DNA from: an uncultured Erysipelotrichaceae bacterium
Lineage (GTDB): Bacteria > Bacillota_I > Bacilli_A > RF39 > UBA660
Direction of reading: 5' to 3'
NCBI GenBank assembly: GCA_902775285.1
Contig: CACYLI010000001.1
Coordinates: forward strand, 219,697-283,696
DNA length: 64,000 nucleotides
Position 1 is the stretch's first letter; the number at the start of each line of letters is the position of its first letter. Positions 31,843 through 41,811 of this stretch are shown in pieces. The notes below the pieces were generated by a model, which had not been told where the DNA came from, searched no databases, and saw nothing but the letters and a program-made list of their open reading frames with translations. The translations under genes were made by a program, and so were the position numbers.

Positions 31843-33054
31843 ATGAAGAAAAAAATAATAATTATTTTAGTAGTTATTTTATTTATAATAATAGACTTTA
31901 TTATTTTATTTTTTACTTTAAATAAAAAAGATATTAAAGAAATTAAAAGTCCTAAAAAAGAAGAAATAAAACTAGAAACAAAAGAATTAAATGATTTAGT
32001 ATTTGAATATGATTCTGATATTTATTTAAAAGATATATTAGAAATAGATATTGAAGGAAAACTAGATACTTTAACATTAGGAGATAATACTAAAGAAATA
32101 ACAAATGATAGAACAAAATATATTTTAAACTATCAAATTGTTGATACAATTGCTCCAATGATAATGGGTAGTACTACTAAAACTACTACTAAAGGAAAAG
32201 ATATTAATTTAGTAAACAAATATCTATGTGGAGACAATCATGATTCAAAACCAAATTGTTATATTGAAGGTTCTTATGATATTAATAAAGTTGGAACTTA
32301 CAATTTAACATATGTTGCAATAGATTCAAGTAATAATAAAACAACAAAACCTATTAAATTAAAAGTTATCGAGAAATCTAAAAGCAGTTCATCATCTTCT
32401 TCAACATCAAAAGGAAAAACTGCTCTAAAAACATATATTGATAAATATAAAAATGAAAACACCAAAATAGGAATAGATGTATCTGCTTGGCAAGATAATA
32501 TAGACTGGAAAAAAGCAAAAGATAATGGTGTAGAATTTGCTATGCTTAGAATTGGATATGGACCAACTAGTGATAATGAAATAAAATTAGATAAATGGTT
32601 TAACAATAATATAAAAAAAACAAAAGAAAATAATATTCCAGTAGGACTTTATTTATATTCTTATGCAAAAAACATAAAAGAAGCAAAAGAACAAGCAAAA
32701 TGGATTGTTGATAAACTTAATGGTCAAAAAATAGAATTACCAATAGCTTTTGATTGGGAAAACTGGAATTCATTTAATAAATATGGTGTAAGTTTCAAAG
32801 AATTAAATGATGTAGCTGCTGCTTTTATTGAAGAAGTAGAAAAATATGGTTACACTGGTATGCTATATTCAAGTGCATATTATTTAAACCATATATGGAA
32901 AAACTATGATAATACTTGGTTAGCATACTATACAAACAATAATGACTTTAAAAAACCATATATAATGTGGCAATTAACAAGCAGTGGAAAAGTTAATGGA
33001 ATAAGTGGAGCAGTTGACGTAGATATACTATATAATGATAAAGAGACACACTAA
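31843..33054 (+). CDS. membrane-anchored GH25 lysozyme (muramidase) with an Ig-like (DUF5011-type) domain
   Basis: IGIDVSAWQDNIDWKKAKDNGVEFAMLRIGYG is the GH25 signature. N-terminal TM and a poly-Ser linker. Confidence 0.85.
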   Translation: MKKKIIIILVVILFIIIDFIILFFTLNKKDIKEIKSPKKEEIKLETKELNDLVFEYDSDIYLKDILEIDIEGKLDTLTLGDNTKEITNDRTKYILNYQIVDTIAPMIMGSTTKTTTKGKDINLVNKYLCGDNHDSKPNCYIEGSYDINKVGTYNLTYVAIDSSNNKTTKPIKLKVIEKSKSSSSSSSTSKGKTALKTYIDKYKNENTKIGIDVSAWQDNIDWKKAKDNGVEFAMLRIGYGPTSDNEIKLDKWFNNNIKKTKENNIPVGLYLYSYAKNIKEAKEQAKWIVDKLNGQKIELPIAFDWENWNSFNKYGVSFKELNDVAAAFIEEVEKYGYTGMLYSSAYYLNHIWKNYDNTWLAYYTNNNDFKKPYIMWQLTSSGKVNGISGAVDVDILYNDKETH

Positions 33055-33077
33055 AAAATGCACAAAAGTGCATTTTT
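33055..33077. terminator. bidirectional intrinsic terminator
   Basis: AAAATGCAC-AAAA-GTGCATTTT between convergent genes. Confidence 0.6.
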
Positions 33078-34257
33078 ATTTATAATATTTTTTTAAATTT
33101 TCTAAAGCATACTCACATCTTTCACTAATAGGTGCTTCAAGTGCTTTACTATAATATATATAAGCTGTATCTAAATCATTATTCTTTCTATAATACTCTC
33201 CGACTTTATTTAATGCCCAACTATTGCCCATATCGGCACTTATTTTATAATATTTTATTGCTTCTTCAATTTTATTATCTTCTTCATATAATTTACCAAT
33301 ATTATTAAAAGCAAATACATATCCCATTTCACTAGATATTTTAAAGTACTCTAAAGCTGCATCTAAATCTACTACATTTTTATCATTTATTCCTCTTTTA
33401 TAACATAAACCCATAGTATTATATCCAGCTGCGCTACCAAGATTAATTGATTTATTTAAATACTCCCACATTATATCAAAATCATATTTTACTCTATTTG
33501 TTAACATCAAATTTGCAACCATCCAACAAGCTTTAGGATGATCCTTTTGAGCGGCCTTATAATAATACTCATATGATTTATTATAATCTTTTTTTCCTTC
33601 TATACTTCCATCAAAGTATAATTCACCAAGTTCTGCACAAGCATACATATTATTTTTACTAGCAAGTAATTGCAGAGAACTAATATAACTTTGACCATAA
33701 TATAATTTTATTTTTAAATACTCTTCCAATTCATTTTTATTTATTTTAATGTTAATATCTTGTTTATATAATGGTTGCTTATTTATATTAATTGCATAAT
33801 TTAATAACTCAACAATAGCATCATAGCTATCTAATAATTTTACTTTGTTAATAAAATCTTCACTAACACACTCATCATTACTAGAAATTGTTAATAATTC
33901 GTTTATAACTAATCTTAATTTTTCATTATTATTTATTAAATCAAAACTATTCTCATCAACATAATAAACTCTATCATCAAGTATACTAATCAAAGAAATA
34001 ATATTTGTTAAAAACAATCTTTTATCTTCTCTATATTTATCTAAAAATAGTTTTCTATATTCTAATCCAATTGCCCTAATACCAATACAATAGTTATTAA
34101 TTGTAGTAGTATTTACATTATTAACATCAAAAATACTTGAAAATATTTCTAACTGCATAGCATTATTATTATTAGATACTTTTTTAATAACACTAACTAT
34201 ATTACCAAATGATAAATACTTATCATTATTATTCATTTTTATATAATTCTTTTTCAT
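33076..34257 (-). CDS. Sel1-like (SLR/TPR) repeat protein
   Basis: At least five A-x-x-x-L/G-x-x-Y type repeats (ACAELGELYFDG, AGYNTMGLCYKRG, FAFNNIGKLYEED, WALNKVGEYYRKN). Confidence 0.75.
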   Translation of the reverse strand: MKKNYIKMNNNDKYLSFGNIVSVIKKVSNNNNAMQLEIFSSIFDVNNVNTTTINNYCIGIRAIGLEYRKLFLDKYREDKRLFLTNIISLISILDDRVYYVDENSFDLINNNEKLRLVINELLTISSNDECVSEDFINKVKLLDSYDAIVELLNYAININKQPLYKQDINIKINKNELEEYLKIKLYYGQSYISSLQLLASKNNMYACAELGELYFDGSIEGKKDYNKSYEYYYKAAQKDHPKACWMVANLMLTNRVKYDFDIMWEYLNKSINLGSAAGYNTMGLCYKRGINDKNVVDLDAALEYFKISSEMGYVFAFNNIGKLYEEDNKIEEAIKYYKISADMGNSWALNKVGEYYRKNNDLDTAYIYYSKALEAPISERCEYALENLKKYYK

Positions 34258-34260
34258 ATT

Positions 34261-34692
34261 TTATCCTTTATATATTAGTTTAAGATTTTTATTTAAGTCA
34301 CTCATAATACATTCATCAAAATCAATTTCACTAACATTATATATTTCTTTTAAATAATCTAAACACATATCTTTTATATCAATTGCATATTCATTGATAC
34401 TTTTTAATTCTTTAAAATTAATTAAATCATAATAATATCCTAGTCCCTTATATTTTAAAGCAATATTGTCAGGAATTTCATAAACACATAAATATGTAAA
34501 ATCCCAATATGCATAAAATATATCATAAATACTTTCAAAAAAATGCATGTATTTTGTATCTCTTTTATATCTATGATTATTACATCTTATTTTATCATCT
34601 AAATATTCACTTCCATATTTTCCAATACTCTCTAAAGACTTATTAATTAAATCATTTTTTTCACTTTCTCCACATACTCTATAAAGTATCAT
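34261..34692 (-). CDS. hypothetical protein (143 aa), operon partner of the Sel1-repeat gene
   Basis: 3-nt gap to the downstream gene. No recognisable motif. Confidence 0.45.
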   Translation of the reverse strand: MILYRVCGESEKNDLINKSLESIGKYGSEYLDDKIRCNNHRYKRDTKYMHFFESIYDIFYAYWDFTYLCVYEIPDNIALKYKGLGYYYDLINFKELKSINEYAIDIKDMCLDYLKEIYNVSEIDFDECIMSDLNKNLKLIYKG

Positions 34693-34815
34693 ATAATCCC
34701 CTCAAAAATATTATATACAAAAATAAAATTTATTCAATATGTGGATTTAGTGTGGAAATAGAAAGATGGACTTTTTTTAAATCTAATTTATATAATTAAT
34801 ATGAAAGGAGTAATT

Positions 34816-36057
34816 ATGAAAAAATTCATAAAAAATTATAAATCATCATTAATTTTACTTGCATCTTTAATAATTGGAACAATAGTAGGTCTAGTATTTA
34901 AAGAAAAAGCAAGCATTTTAAGTCCATTTGGAGACTTATTCTTAAATCTATTACTTGTAATTATAATACCACTAATATTTTTAACACTAACAACATCAAT
35001 TGGTAAAATGAAACAACCTAAAAGAATTGGTAAAATTCTTACTTCTGTACTAATAGTTTTTATTATTACATCTCTTATTAGTGTTCTTGTTGGTCTTGCT
35101 ACTACAAAATCAATAAAACTAGTAAAAACTCAAGATGCAAATAGTATTAAAGAAGTATTAAAAACAGAAGAGGTGTTAGAAAAAGAAGATATAAATTTTT
35201 TAGAAAGAACAGTTCAAACATTAAGTGTAAACGATTTTTCTAAAATTCTTACAAGAGACAATATGATAGCATTAATAGTATTTTCTATTCTAATTGGAAT
35301 AAGTATTAATATATCAAAAGAAAAAGGAAAAAAATTCTTAGAAGTACTTGAAAGTGCTAATGAAGTAGTACAATCATTTATAAAAATAATTATGTATTAT
35401 GCACCTATAGGACTAGGATGTTACTTTGCATCTCTTGTTGGAACATTTGGTGGAGAAATTGCTCTTGGATATGGTAAAACATTTATTGTTTATACAATAG
35501 TAGCAGTATTATTCTATTTTATAGCGTATTCATTATATGCATTTATTGCAGCTGGAAAAGAAGGCTTTATTGCTTACTGGAAAAATATATTACCAGCAAC
35601 TCTTACATCTCTTGCTACATGTTCATCAGCTGCTTCTATTCCAGTAAACACATCTTGTGCTAAAAATATCGGAGTAAGTGATGACATAGCAGATACTACT
35701 ATTCCACTTGGAACTAGTTTCCATAAAGATGGTTCAATAATAGGTAGTGTATTTAAAATAATGTTCTTAGTTAATTTATTTGGAACAAATATACAAACTT
35801 CTAAAATATTAGGTATAGCTCTTCTTGCAACACTTTTAATAACAGCAGTTCCAATTGGTGGTGGTACTATATCAGAAACACTAATAATTACTATGTTAGG
35901 TTTCCCTGCTGCATCACTTGGAATGCTTACAATAATAGCAACTATTATAGATCCACCAGCTACTATGTTAAATGTTGTTGGTGACTCAGCATCAAGTATG
36001 TTAGTAGCAAGAATAATTGATGGAAAAAATTGGTTAAAAAAGAAAAGAAAGGAATAA
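34816..36057 (+). CDS. dicarboxylate/amino acid:cation symporter (DAACS family)
   Basis: Polytopic protein with CSSAASIPV and IPLGTSFHKDGS reentrant-loop motifs. ATG at 34816 follows AAAGGAG. Terminator GGAATAA-N9-TTATTCC plus a T7 run at 36051-36080. Confidence 0.85.
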   Translation: MKKFIKNYKSSLILLASLIIGTIVGLVFKEKASILSPFGDLFLNLLLVIIIPLIFLTLTTSIGKMKQPKRIGKILTSVLIVFIITSLISVLVGLATTKSIKLVKTQDANSIKEVLKTEEVLEKEDINFLERTVQTLSVNDFSKILTRDNMIALIVFSILIGISINISKEKGKKFLEVLESANEVVQSFIKIIMYYAPIGLGCYFASLVGTFGGEIALGYGKTFIVYTIVAVLFYFIAYSLYAFIAAGKEGFIAYWKNILPATLTSLATCSSAASIPVNTSCAKNIGVSDDIADTTIPLGTSFHKDGSIIGSVFKIMFLVNLFGTNIQTSKILGIALLATLLITAVPIGGGTISETLIITMLGFPAASLGMLTIIATIIDPPATMLNVVGDSASSMLVARIIDGKNWLKKKRKE

Positions 36058-36078
36058 CTTAAAAAATTATTCCTTTTT

Positions 36079-38460
36079 TTATAAACTCATAAGAACTCTA
36101 TAATATTTACTTTTAAATTCATCTTTTTCTATACCAAGTTTTTCATAGAAAATATCAATATATTCTTTACCATAATTTCTTTCAATTGACATTTCACATA
36201 TTACCAAATCAAAATAAATATCACTTAAACCACATGAACCAACATCAATAAGCCCACTAAAATGTCCACAAGTAGCTAAAATATTAGGTAAAGACATATC
36301 TCCATGAGTAAAACCAATTATTTGTTTTGGCTTATTACCTTTTAAATATGCAAGTATTTTATCTTTACTATAAAACTCCTCAAGTATTTCTCTTTTTATA
36401 TTTTCTTCTTTAATATTAGAAAAATTCTTTTCAATATTACTTATTTTAGTATCAATTGATTCATCAATTAAACAATCTTTATAGTCTATATTATATAAAC
36501 TATTAAAAGCTTCTACTATAATATCAATACCTAATAAAGGATTATTTATATAATAATCACTACACAACATTTCCCCTTTTACTTCTTTAGTCAATAAATA
36601 TGATTTACCATTATACTTTTCATAAAAAACTTTCTCTGGTACATTTATTTTTCCTTTTAAATAATCTAATCTGATAGACTCTTGACTTAAATGATCAGCA
36701 ATTTTTAAATAATACACTTTACTTTTCTTACGTATTTTATAAACTTTAGAATTACACCCAATACTTATTTCTTCTATTCTATTAGCGTCTTTTAAAAACT
36801 CATTTAATCTATTACTACCCTTAATAACAATATTCTCTTTTTTAGTTTTGTCAGAGTCATTTATTATTTTAATTTCTTTTTCCTTAATACTATCATAATT
36901 ACCATTATAAGTTACTAATTTTTTATCTTCTATTCTTACTATCTTTGTAGCAATCTTATTAATAAAGTATCTATCATGAGATATAAATAATATTGTTCCA
37001 TCAAAATCTAACAAAGAAGTTTCAAGTATTTCTTTAGTATCTATATCAATATGATTAGTAGGTTCATCTAATATTAAAAAATTAGCATGTTTTAATATTA
37101 ATTCAAGTAATTTTAATCTAACCTTTTCTCCACCACTAATAGTTTTAATTTTTTTTGAAATAGCTTCTTCTCCAAAATAGAATTGATATAATTTACTTCT
37201 AAGTTCACTTTCATTTCCTATAAAAAACTGTCTTGTATATTCATATACTGTCAACTCTGGATTGTCAAATCTAATTTCTTGTGGAATATATCCAATTTCA
37301 ACATTTGCACCTATTTTTATATTTTCATGTGTATTATTTAATATATTTTTTATCAAAGTGGTTTTACCACTACCATTTTTTCCCATTAAACATACACGTT
37401 CTTTATAGTATACACTCATAAAAGAAGATAATAATAATTGCTTACTTGACACATATAAATCTAAATTTTCAATTGTTAATACATGATTAGCACTTCTATC
37501 ACTAAAACTTAAATTAAGATTTAAATCTTTCTTAACAATAGGTTTATCTATCTTTTCCATCTTATCTATTCTTTTTTGCATAGAAGCAGCCCTTCTAAAG
37601 AAAATTGGATTATCTGCTTTTTTACCCCATTCTTTTAATCTTTTTATTGCTTCTTCTATTGCCTTAATTTGTTTTTGTTGATTATTATATGCTTGGAACT
37701 CAAGCATCATTCTTTTTTCTGATTCTTCTAAATAATAAGAATAATTTCCATAATAAATATCTTCTTTTCCATTATCAATACAAATTATTTTATTAATTAC
37801 TTTATCTAAAAAATATCTATCATGACTAACCATTAATATAGTTCCTTTATAAGTATTCAAATATTCTTCAAACCATTCTAAAGTTTCTATATCTAAATGA
37901 TTAGTAGGTTCATCTAAAAGTAATATATCAGGATTTGATAATACTAAGGATGCTAAATTAATAATAGTTTTTTCTCCTCCGCTTAAATCATTATATTTAG
38001 TATTTAATAATTCAGGAGTTAATTTAAAACCATTTTTAATTCTTTTAATTTTTTCATTTAATTGATACCCACCTTTAATACGAAACTCCTCTTGAAGTTT
38101 ATCAAGTCCAACAATAGATTTATTACTAGAATCCATATTTTTAACATACTCATCTATTTTTCTTTCTAAATCTAGTAATTCTTTAACTCCTCTTAAATAG
38201 ACATCTAATGCTTTTACATTATCATTTTCTAAATCAGGTATTTGAGTTAAATATCCAATAGTAGAATTCTTTCTAATCGTAATTGTTCCACTATCTACAG
38301 TTTCTAAACCCATAATTAAGCGAAGTGTAGTAGTCTTACCACACCCATTATTTCCTATTAAACATACTCTCTCATTTGTTTTTATATCAAAAGATAAATC
38401 TTTTAGTACACTACTAAAACCATAATTCTTATTTATCTTATTTAAACTAATTTCTATCAT
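36079..38460 (-). CDS. ABC-F ATPase fused to a C-terminal APH(3')-like aminoglycoside/antibiotic kinase domain
   Basis: Two ABC cassettes with no TMD (GNNGCGKTT / LSGGEKT...LLLDEPTNHLD; GKNGSGKTT / ISGGEKV...LILDEPTNHID). The C-terminal ~250 aa (36082-36843) aligns by eye to APH(3')-IIIa: GFTHGDMSLPNIL, GLIDVGSCGLSDIYFDL, GIEKDEFKSKYYRVL. Confidence 0.85.
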   Translation of the reverse strand: MIEISLNKINKNYGFSSVLKDLSFDIKTNERVCLIGNNGCGKTTTLRLIMGLETVDSGTITIRKNSTIGYLTQIPDLENDNVKALDVYLRGVKELLDLERKIDEYVKNMDSSNKSIVGLDKLQEEFRIKGGYQLNEKIKRIKNGFKLTPELLNTKYNDLSGGEKTIINLASLVLSNPDILLLDEPTNHLDIETLEWFEEYLNTYKGTILMVSHDRYFLDKVINKIICIDNGKEDIYYGNYSYYLEESEKRMMLEFQAYNNQQKQIKAIEEAIKRLKEWGKKADNPIFFRRAASMQKRIDKMEKIDKPIVKKDLNLNLSFSDRSANHVLTIENLDLYVSSKQLLLSSFMSVYYKERVCLMGKNGSGKTTLIKNILNNTHENIKIGANVEIGYIPQEIRFDNPELTVYEYTRQFFIGNESELRSKLYQFYFGEEAISKKIKTISGGEKVRLKLLELILKHANFLILDEPTNHIDIDTKEILETSLLDFDGTILFISHDRYFINKIATKIVRIEDKKLVTYNGNYDSIKEKEIKIINDSDKTKKENIVIKGSNRLNEFLKDANRIEEISIGCNSKVYKIRKKSKVYYLKIADHLSQESIRLDYLKGKINVPEKVFYEKYNGKSYLLTKEVKGEMLCSDYYINNPLLGIDIIVEAFNSLYNIDYKDCLIDESIDTKISNIEKNFSNIKEENIKREILEEFYSKDKILAYLKGNKPKQIIGFTHGDMSLPNILATCGHFSGLIDVGSCGLSDIYFDLVICEMSIERNYGKEYIDIFYEKLGIEKDEFKSKYYRVLMSL

Positions 38461-38490
38461 AATTATTCTCCTTTAAATTTTATTCCATGT

Positions 38491-38540
38491 AAAAAAATTC
38501 ACACTTGTTATTATCTTTAAAGGATTCTAACAAAGTGTGA
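38491..38540 (-). terminator. leader (attenuator) terminator between the promoter and the RBS of the ABC-F gene
   Basis: On the minus strand: TCACACTTTGTT-N19-AACAAGTGTGA (11 bp with one bulge) followed by a 7-T run, then AAAGGAG and the ATG at 38460. Confidence 0.65.
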
Positions 38541-38583
38541 TATCATTTGTATAAATTATAACTGTTTGTTTATATATACACAT
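38527..38583 (-). CDS. candidate 18-aa leader peptide MCIYKQTVIIYTNDITLC
   Basis: ATG preceded by AAGGGTG. Its last codons and stop overlap the 5' arm of the leader terminator. Confidence 0.45.
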   Translation of the reverse strand: MCIYKQTVIIYTNDITLC

Positions 38584-38602
38584 AATATCACCCTTCGATG
38601 AT

Positions 38603-38630
38603 ATTATAGCATAATTTTTATTATTTTCAA
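38603..38630 (-). promoter_or_regulatory. sigma-A-type promoter of the ABC-F leader
   Basis: Minus strand TTGAAA, a 16-nt spacer, then TATAAT preceded by TGC (extended -10, TGCTATAAT). Confidence 0.5.
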
Positions 38631-39991
38631 CCTACATCAGATCTAGTTTGACTAAGCATCCATTCAAATAAATTTAAACTTTCATCTCTAAATATAGAAT
38701 ACTCTGCACAAACTATATTATGATTTTTATATGGAGCTGATGTAAACTTAGCAGTTCCACCTAATGAATTTACATTATTTACAAAGCCAGGCATTGTACT
38801 AGCTCCATCGCCTGAACCAACAAAAGCCCAAACAGGGGTATATCTAAATGCTTCCGCATTTGTTACTGTACAACCAATTAATACGGATGCAGAAAAATAT
38901 TTACGATAATTATTTACCATATGAACAGAACCATAACATCCATGTGAAAAGCCTGCTAGTGATATTTTAGCTTTATCTGTATTTAATTCATCTGCAATTT
39001 TATCAGTTAAATCATGAAATTTACCTATATAATTTTGAACATAATCATTTCCAGGTACTTGCATATGAACAATAACTGCATCTATTTCATATCCATAAGA
39101 AATTATTTCACGAATAGGTCCATCATTAATAGCAAGAGTAGAATTATTAACATAATCATTTCCACGTGAACCAAGTCCATGTAAATAAACAATCATAGGA
39201 AGATTTCCACTCATATTAGTAGGTGTATATACCCAATATGAAAAACCATTATAATAATTAACAGTAATATTTGGATAATCACCATATTGTCTAGGAGAAT
39301 GATTAGGATCTATATTTGCAATATCACCAAAATCAGAATTTCTGTTTATACCAGGAGCTGATATAAATCTGGAATTCTCTTCATTTAATCTTTTCCTAAT
39401 TGTTTCTAAATCAGCAAGCAATTTAGTTTTTAAGTCCCCATCTTCTAATTCATTAACTCTTTTTAATAATTCAGAATAATTTGATTCATTAGCATTTTTA
39501 ATACCATAAGCAACATCATTTTTTAAATCAATTTTTGATTTAAGAGACTTTAGTCTTTCTAATAACGTACTTTTATAAGCACCATCATCAAGTTTATTAA
39601 CTCTAGATAATGCTGTCTGATATTCACTTTCACTAATTACACTTTCTGCTCTACTAACAATAGATTCTATTTCTTTTTTCTTAGAATCACTTAAAGACCC
39701 TATAATAGAAACATCTAAACAAGATTCATATTCAGTTCCTACCATAGTAGCATGAGCAATAATATTTACAAAATATGGCACAAAAAATACAAGTATAGCA
39801 GCTACTATTCTACTTATTATTACATTACTCATATCTTTAATATCATTACCAGAACTAACACAAGAAGCAATTTTTAAAGACAAAGAAACAATTAAAATTA
39901 TAGGTACTGCTATCCTTATAATCTTAATTGCTAAATTAATCAATCCCATTACTTCCTGAACAGTGGAATTATCGCATAATGATAAAACCAT
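38627..39991 (-). CDS. membrane-anchored alpha/beta-hydrolase (esterase/depolymerase family) with helical repeats
   Basis: N-terminal TMs. Two ~35-aa repeats (YxxxLxRVNxLxDGxxKxxLLxxL). MIVYLHGLGSRG oxyanion-type motif and GFSHG nucleophile elbow. Confidence 0.65.
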   Translation of the reverse strand: MVLSLCDNSTVQEVMGLINLAIKIIRIAVPIILIVSLSLKIASCVSSGNDIKDMSNVIISRIVAAILVFFVPYFVNIIAHATMVGTEYESCLDVSIIGSLSDSKKKEIESIVSRAESVISESEYQTALSRVNKLDDGAYKSTLLERLKSLKSKIDLKNDVAYGIKNANESNYSELLKRVNELEDGDLKTKLLADLETIRKRLNEENSRFISAPGINRNSDFGDIANIDPNHSPRQYGDYPNITVNYYNGFSYWVYTPTNMSGNLPMIVYLHGLGSRGNDYVNNSTLAINDGPIREIISYGYEIDAVIVHMQVPGNDYVQNYIGKFHDLTDKIADELNTDKAKISLAGFSHGCYGSVHMVNNYRKYFSASVLIGCTVTNAEAFRYTPVWAFVGSGDGASTMPGFVNNVNSLGGTAKFTSAPYKNHNIVCAEYSIFRDESLNLFEWMLSQTRSDVG

Positions 39992-40002
39992 ATTATCAAC
40001 TC

Positions 40003-40797
40003 CTATTTTAATACGTTATATAATATTTCATACTCTTCATTTGATAGATTTTCAATTCTTTTATTAAGCATTTCTTTTGGCAAGTTATAACCTTCTATTA
40101 TACTCTTACTTTCTTTTTTAGTCATTTTTTTATCATGTAATTTTACAAATTCTATTAAAGCTTCCATTAAATTATTCTTTAATTTTCTATCTCTATAAAA
40201 GAACAATTCTCTTATAATAAACTTTCTAAAATTTAAATTTAATTCCTCTCTTTTAATAGGAATAAGTCTAATCATAGAAGACATTACTCTAGGCATTGGA
40301 TCAAAAGCATCAGGTGCTATATCCATAATCTTTTCTACTCTAAAAAATGAATTAGTAAGTAATGCAAGTTTATTTAATTTTTTTTCAATTACATTATCAG
40401 CAAATCTTTTTCCTACTATTAGTATTGCTTCCTTAAAATCACATCTAAGTAATTTCTCAATAAAAGGCTCTGTAATAGAATAAGGTAAAGCTGATATTAT
40501 TTTATCACACTCAGGTATAAATACGCTTAATGCACTACCATATATAACATCAACATTACTATGTTTATCTTTTAATACATTAATAAAAGGTTCTAAATTT
40601 CTATCTATTTCTATACATGTTAAATGATTAACTCTTCTAGCAATAGTATCACTTATTTCTCCTTTACCTGGTCCTATTTCAACAACATTTTCATCAATTC
40701 TTAAATTAGATGCATCAATAAATGCATTAATAATAGACTTATCTATTAAAAAATGTTGATCTAAATAATTAATATCATTAACAAATTCTTCTTCCAT
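40003..40797 (-). CDS. rRNA adenine N6-dimethyltransferase family protein (KsgA/Erm-like)
   Basis: LDQHFLIDKSII...VVEIGPGKGEISD...CIEIDRNL...ALPYSITEPFIEKLL. Confidence 0.7.
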   Translation of the reverse strand: MEEEFVNDINYLDQHFLIDKSIINAFIDASNLRIDENVVEIGPGKGEISDTIARRVNHLTCIEIDRNLEPFINVLKDKHSNVDVIYGSALSVFIPECDKIISALPYSITEPFIEKLLRCDFKEAILIVGKRFADNVIEKKLNKLALLTNSFFRVEKIMDIAPDAFDPMPRVMSSMIRLIPIKREELNLNFRKFIIRELFFYRDRKLKNNLMEALIEFVKLHDKKMTKKESKSIIEGYNLPKEMLNKRIENLSNEEYEILYNVLK

Positions 40798-40799
40798 AA

Positions 40800-41471
40800 C
40801 TAATCCCTCTTTTTCTTTTTAAATATATTAAATGGTTCTCTATCTGGTAAATCAACTTCAAATGTTAATAACTCGTTAGTAATAGGATGATAAAATTCTA
40901 ACTTTTTAGCAAATAACGCTAGTTGCTCTTTAACATGAGAATTCTTATTATATTTTTGATCTCCATATAAAGGATTACCATTATTAGAAAACTGAACTCT
41001 AATTTGATGTGATCTTCCAGTATGTAATTTTATTTCAACTAAACTTAAATTATTAATTGTTTTTATTTTCTTGTATTCAAGTACAGCCTTTTTTCCATTT
41101 TTATCTACTCTTACAATATTATTCTTTTTATCTTTTAATAAATAATCTTCTAATAAACCTTTTTCTTTTATATTACCAGTTACTACTGCATAATATATTT
41201 TATTAAATTTATCATTTCTGATTTGTTCTGATAATCTAGATGCACATTTACTAGTCTTAGCAAAAACCATAACTCCACTAACAGGTCTATCTAATCTATG
41301 AACAAGTCCTAAATAAACATTTCCTGGTTTATTATATTTTTCTTTTAAGTAGTTTTTTAATATTGTTAATAAATCTTCATCTCCACTACTATCTTCTTGA
41401 ACAGGAATATTTATAGGTTTTACAACAACTAATAAATGATTATCTTCATATAAAACATCAATTTTTTTCAT
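40800..41471 (-). CDS. RluA-family pseudouridine synthase
   Basis: LVHRLDRPVSGVMVFAKT catalytic-Asp motif and HTGRSHQIR. Confidence 0.85.
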   Translation of the reverse strand: MKKIDVLYEDNHLLVVVKPINIPVQEDSSGDEDLLTILKNYLKEKYNKPGNVYLGLVHRLDRPVSGVMVFAKTSKCASRLSEQIRNDKFNKIYYAVVTGNIKEKGLLEDYLLKDKKNNIVRVDKNGKKAVLEYKKIKTINNLSLVEIKLHTGRSHQIRVQFSNNGNPLYGDQKYNKNSHVKEQLALFAKKLEFYHPITNELLTFEVDLPDREPFNIFKKKKRD

Positions 41472-41811
41472 TTTTTATTATTTCCAATCCATGTTTTTCT
41501 AGAGAAGTAATTGTTACTTTTTCATGTTCAAGTGCATTCTTTAATGAGTCAATTACTCCATCTTCCCAAACTAGTGTAATATTAGCACTTTTTATACAAG
41601 GTAAATAATAATTATATTCATCATCTGTATATATTAATTCTAAAGCAGAAGGACATACATTACTATCATCTCTAATAACATAATCAACAATTTTTAAATT
41701 TGAAACTTGAATATTACCAGGTGTTTTAGAAAAAATAATATATATTAATCCAATTAGAATTAATGTTAAGAAAAACACAAATATACTTTTAAGTATTATC
41801 TTAGTTTTCAT
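41458..41811 (-). CDS. small N-terminally anchored protein
   Basis: MKTKIILKSIFVFFLTLILIGLIYIIF followed by a soluble domain. Start chosen after GGAAGGTGGG. Confidence 0.45.
   Translation of the reverse strand: MKTKIILKSIFVFFLTLILIGLIYIIFSKTPGNIQVSNLKIVDYVIRDDSNVCPSALELIYTDDEYNYYLPCIKSANITLVWEDGVIDSLKNALEHEKVTITSLEKHGLEIIKNEKN

Noticed and set aside
32298-32606. Minus-strand ORF inside the GH25 lysozyme gene
   Set aside because: Antisense shadow of the poly-Ser linker/GH25 region.
40003-40797. Calling the KsgA/Erm-family gene an erm resistance gene
   Set aside because: It is embedded without a leader in an operon of RNA-modification genes. The family motifs alone cannot separate RsmA from Erm.
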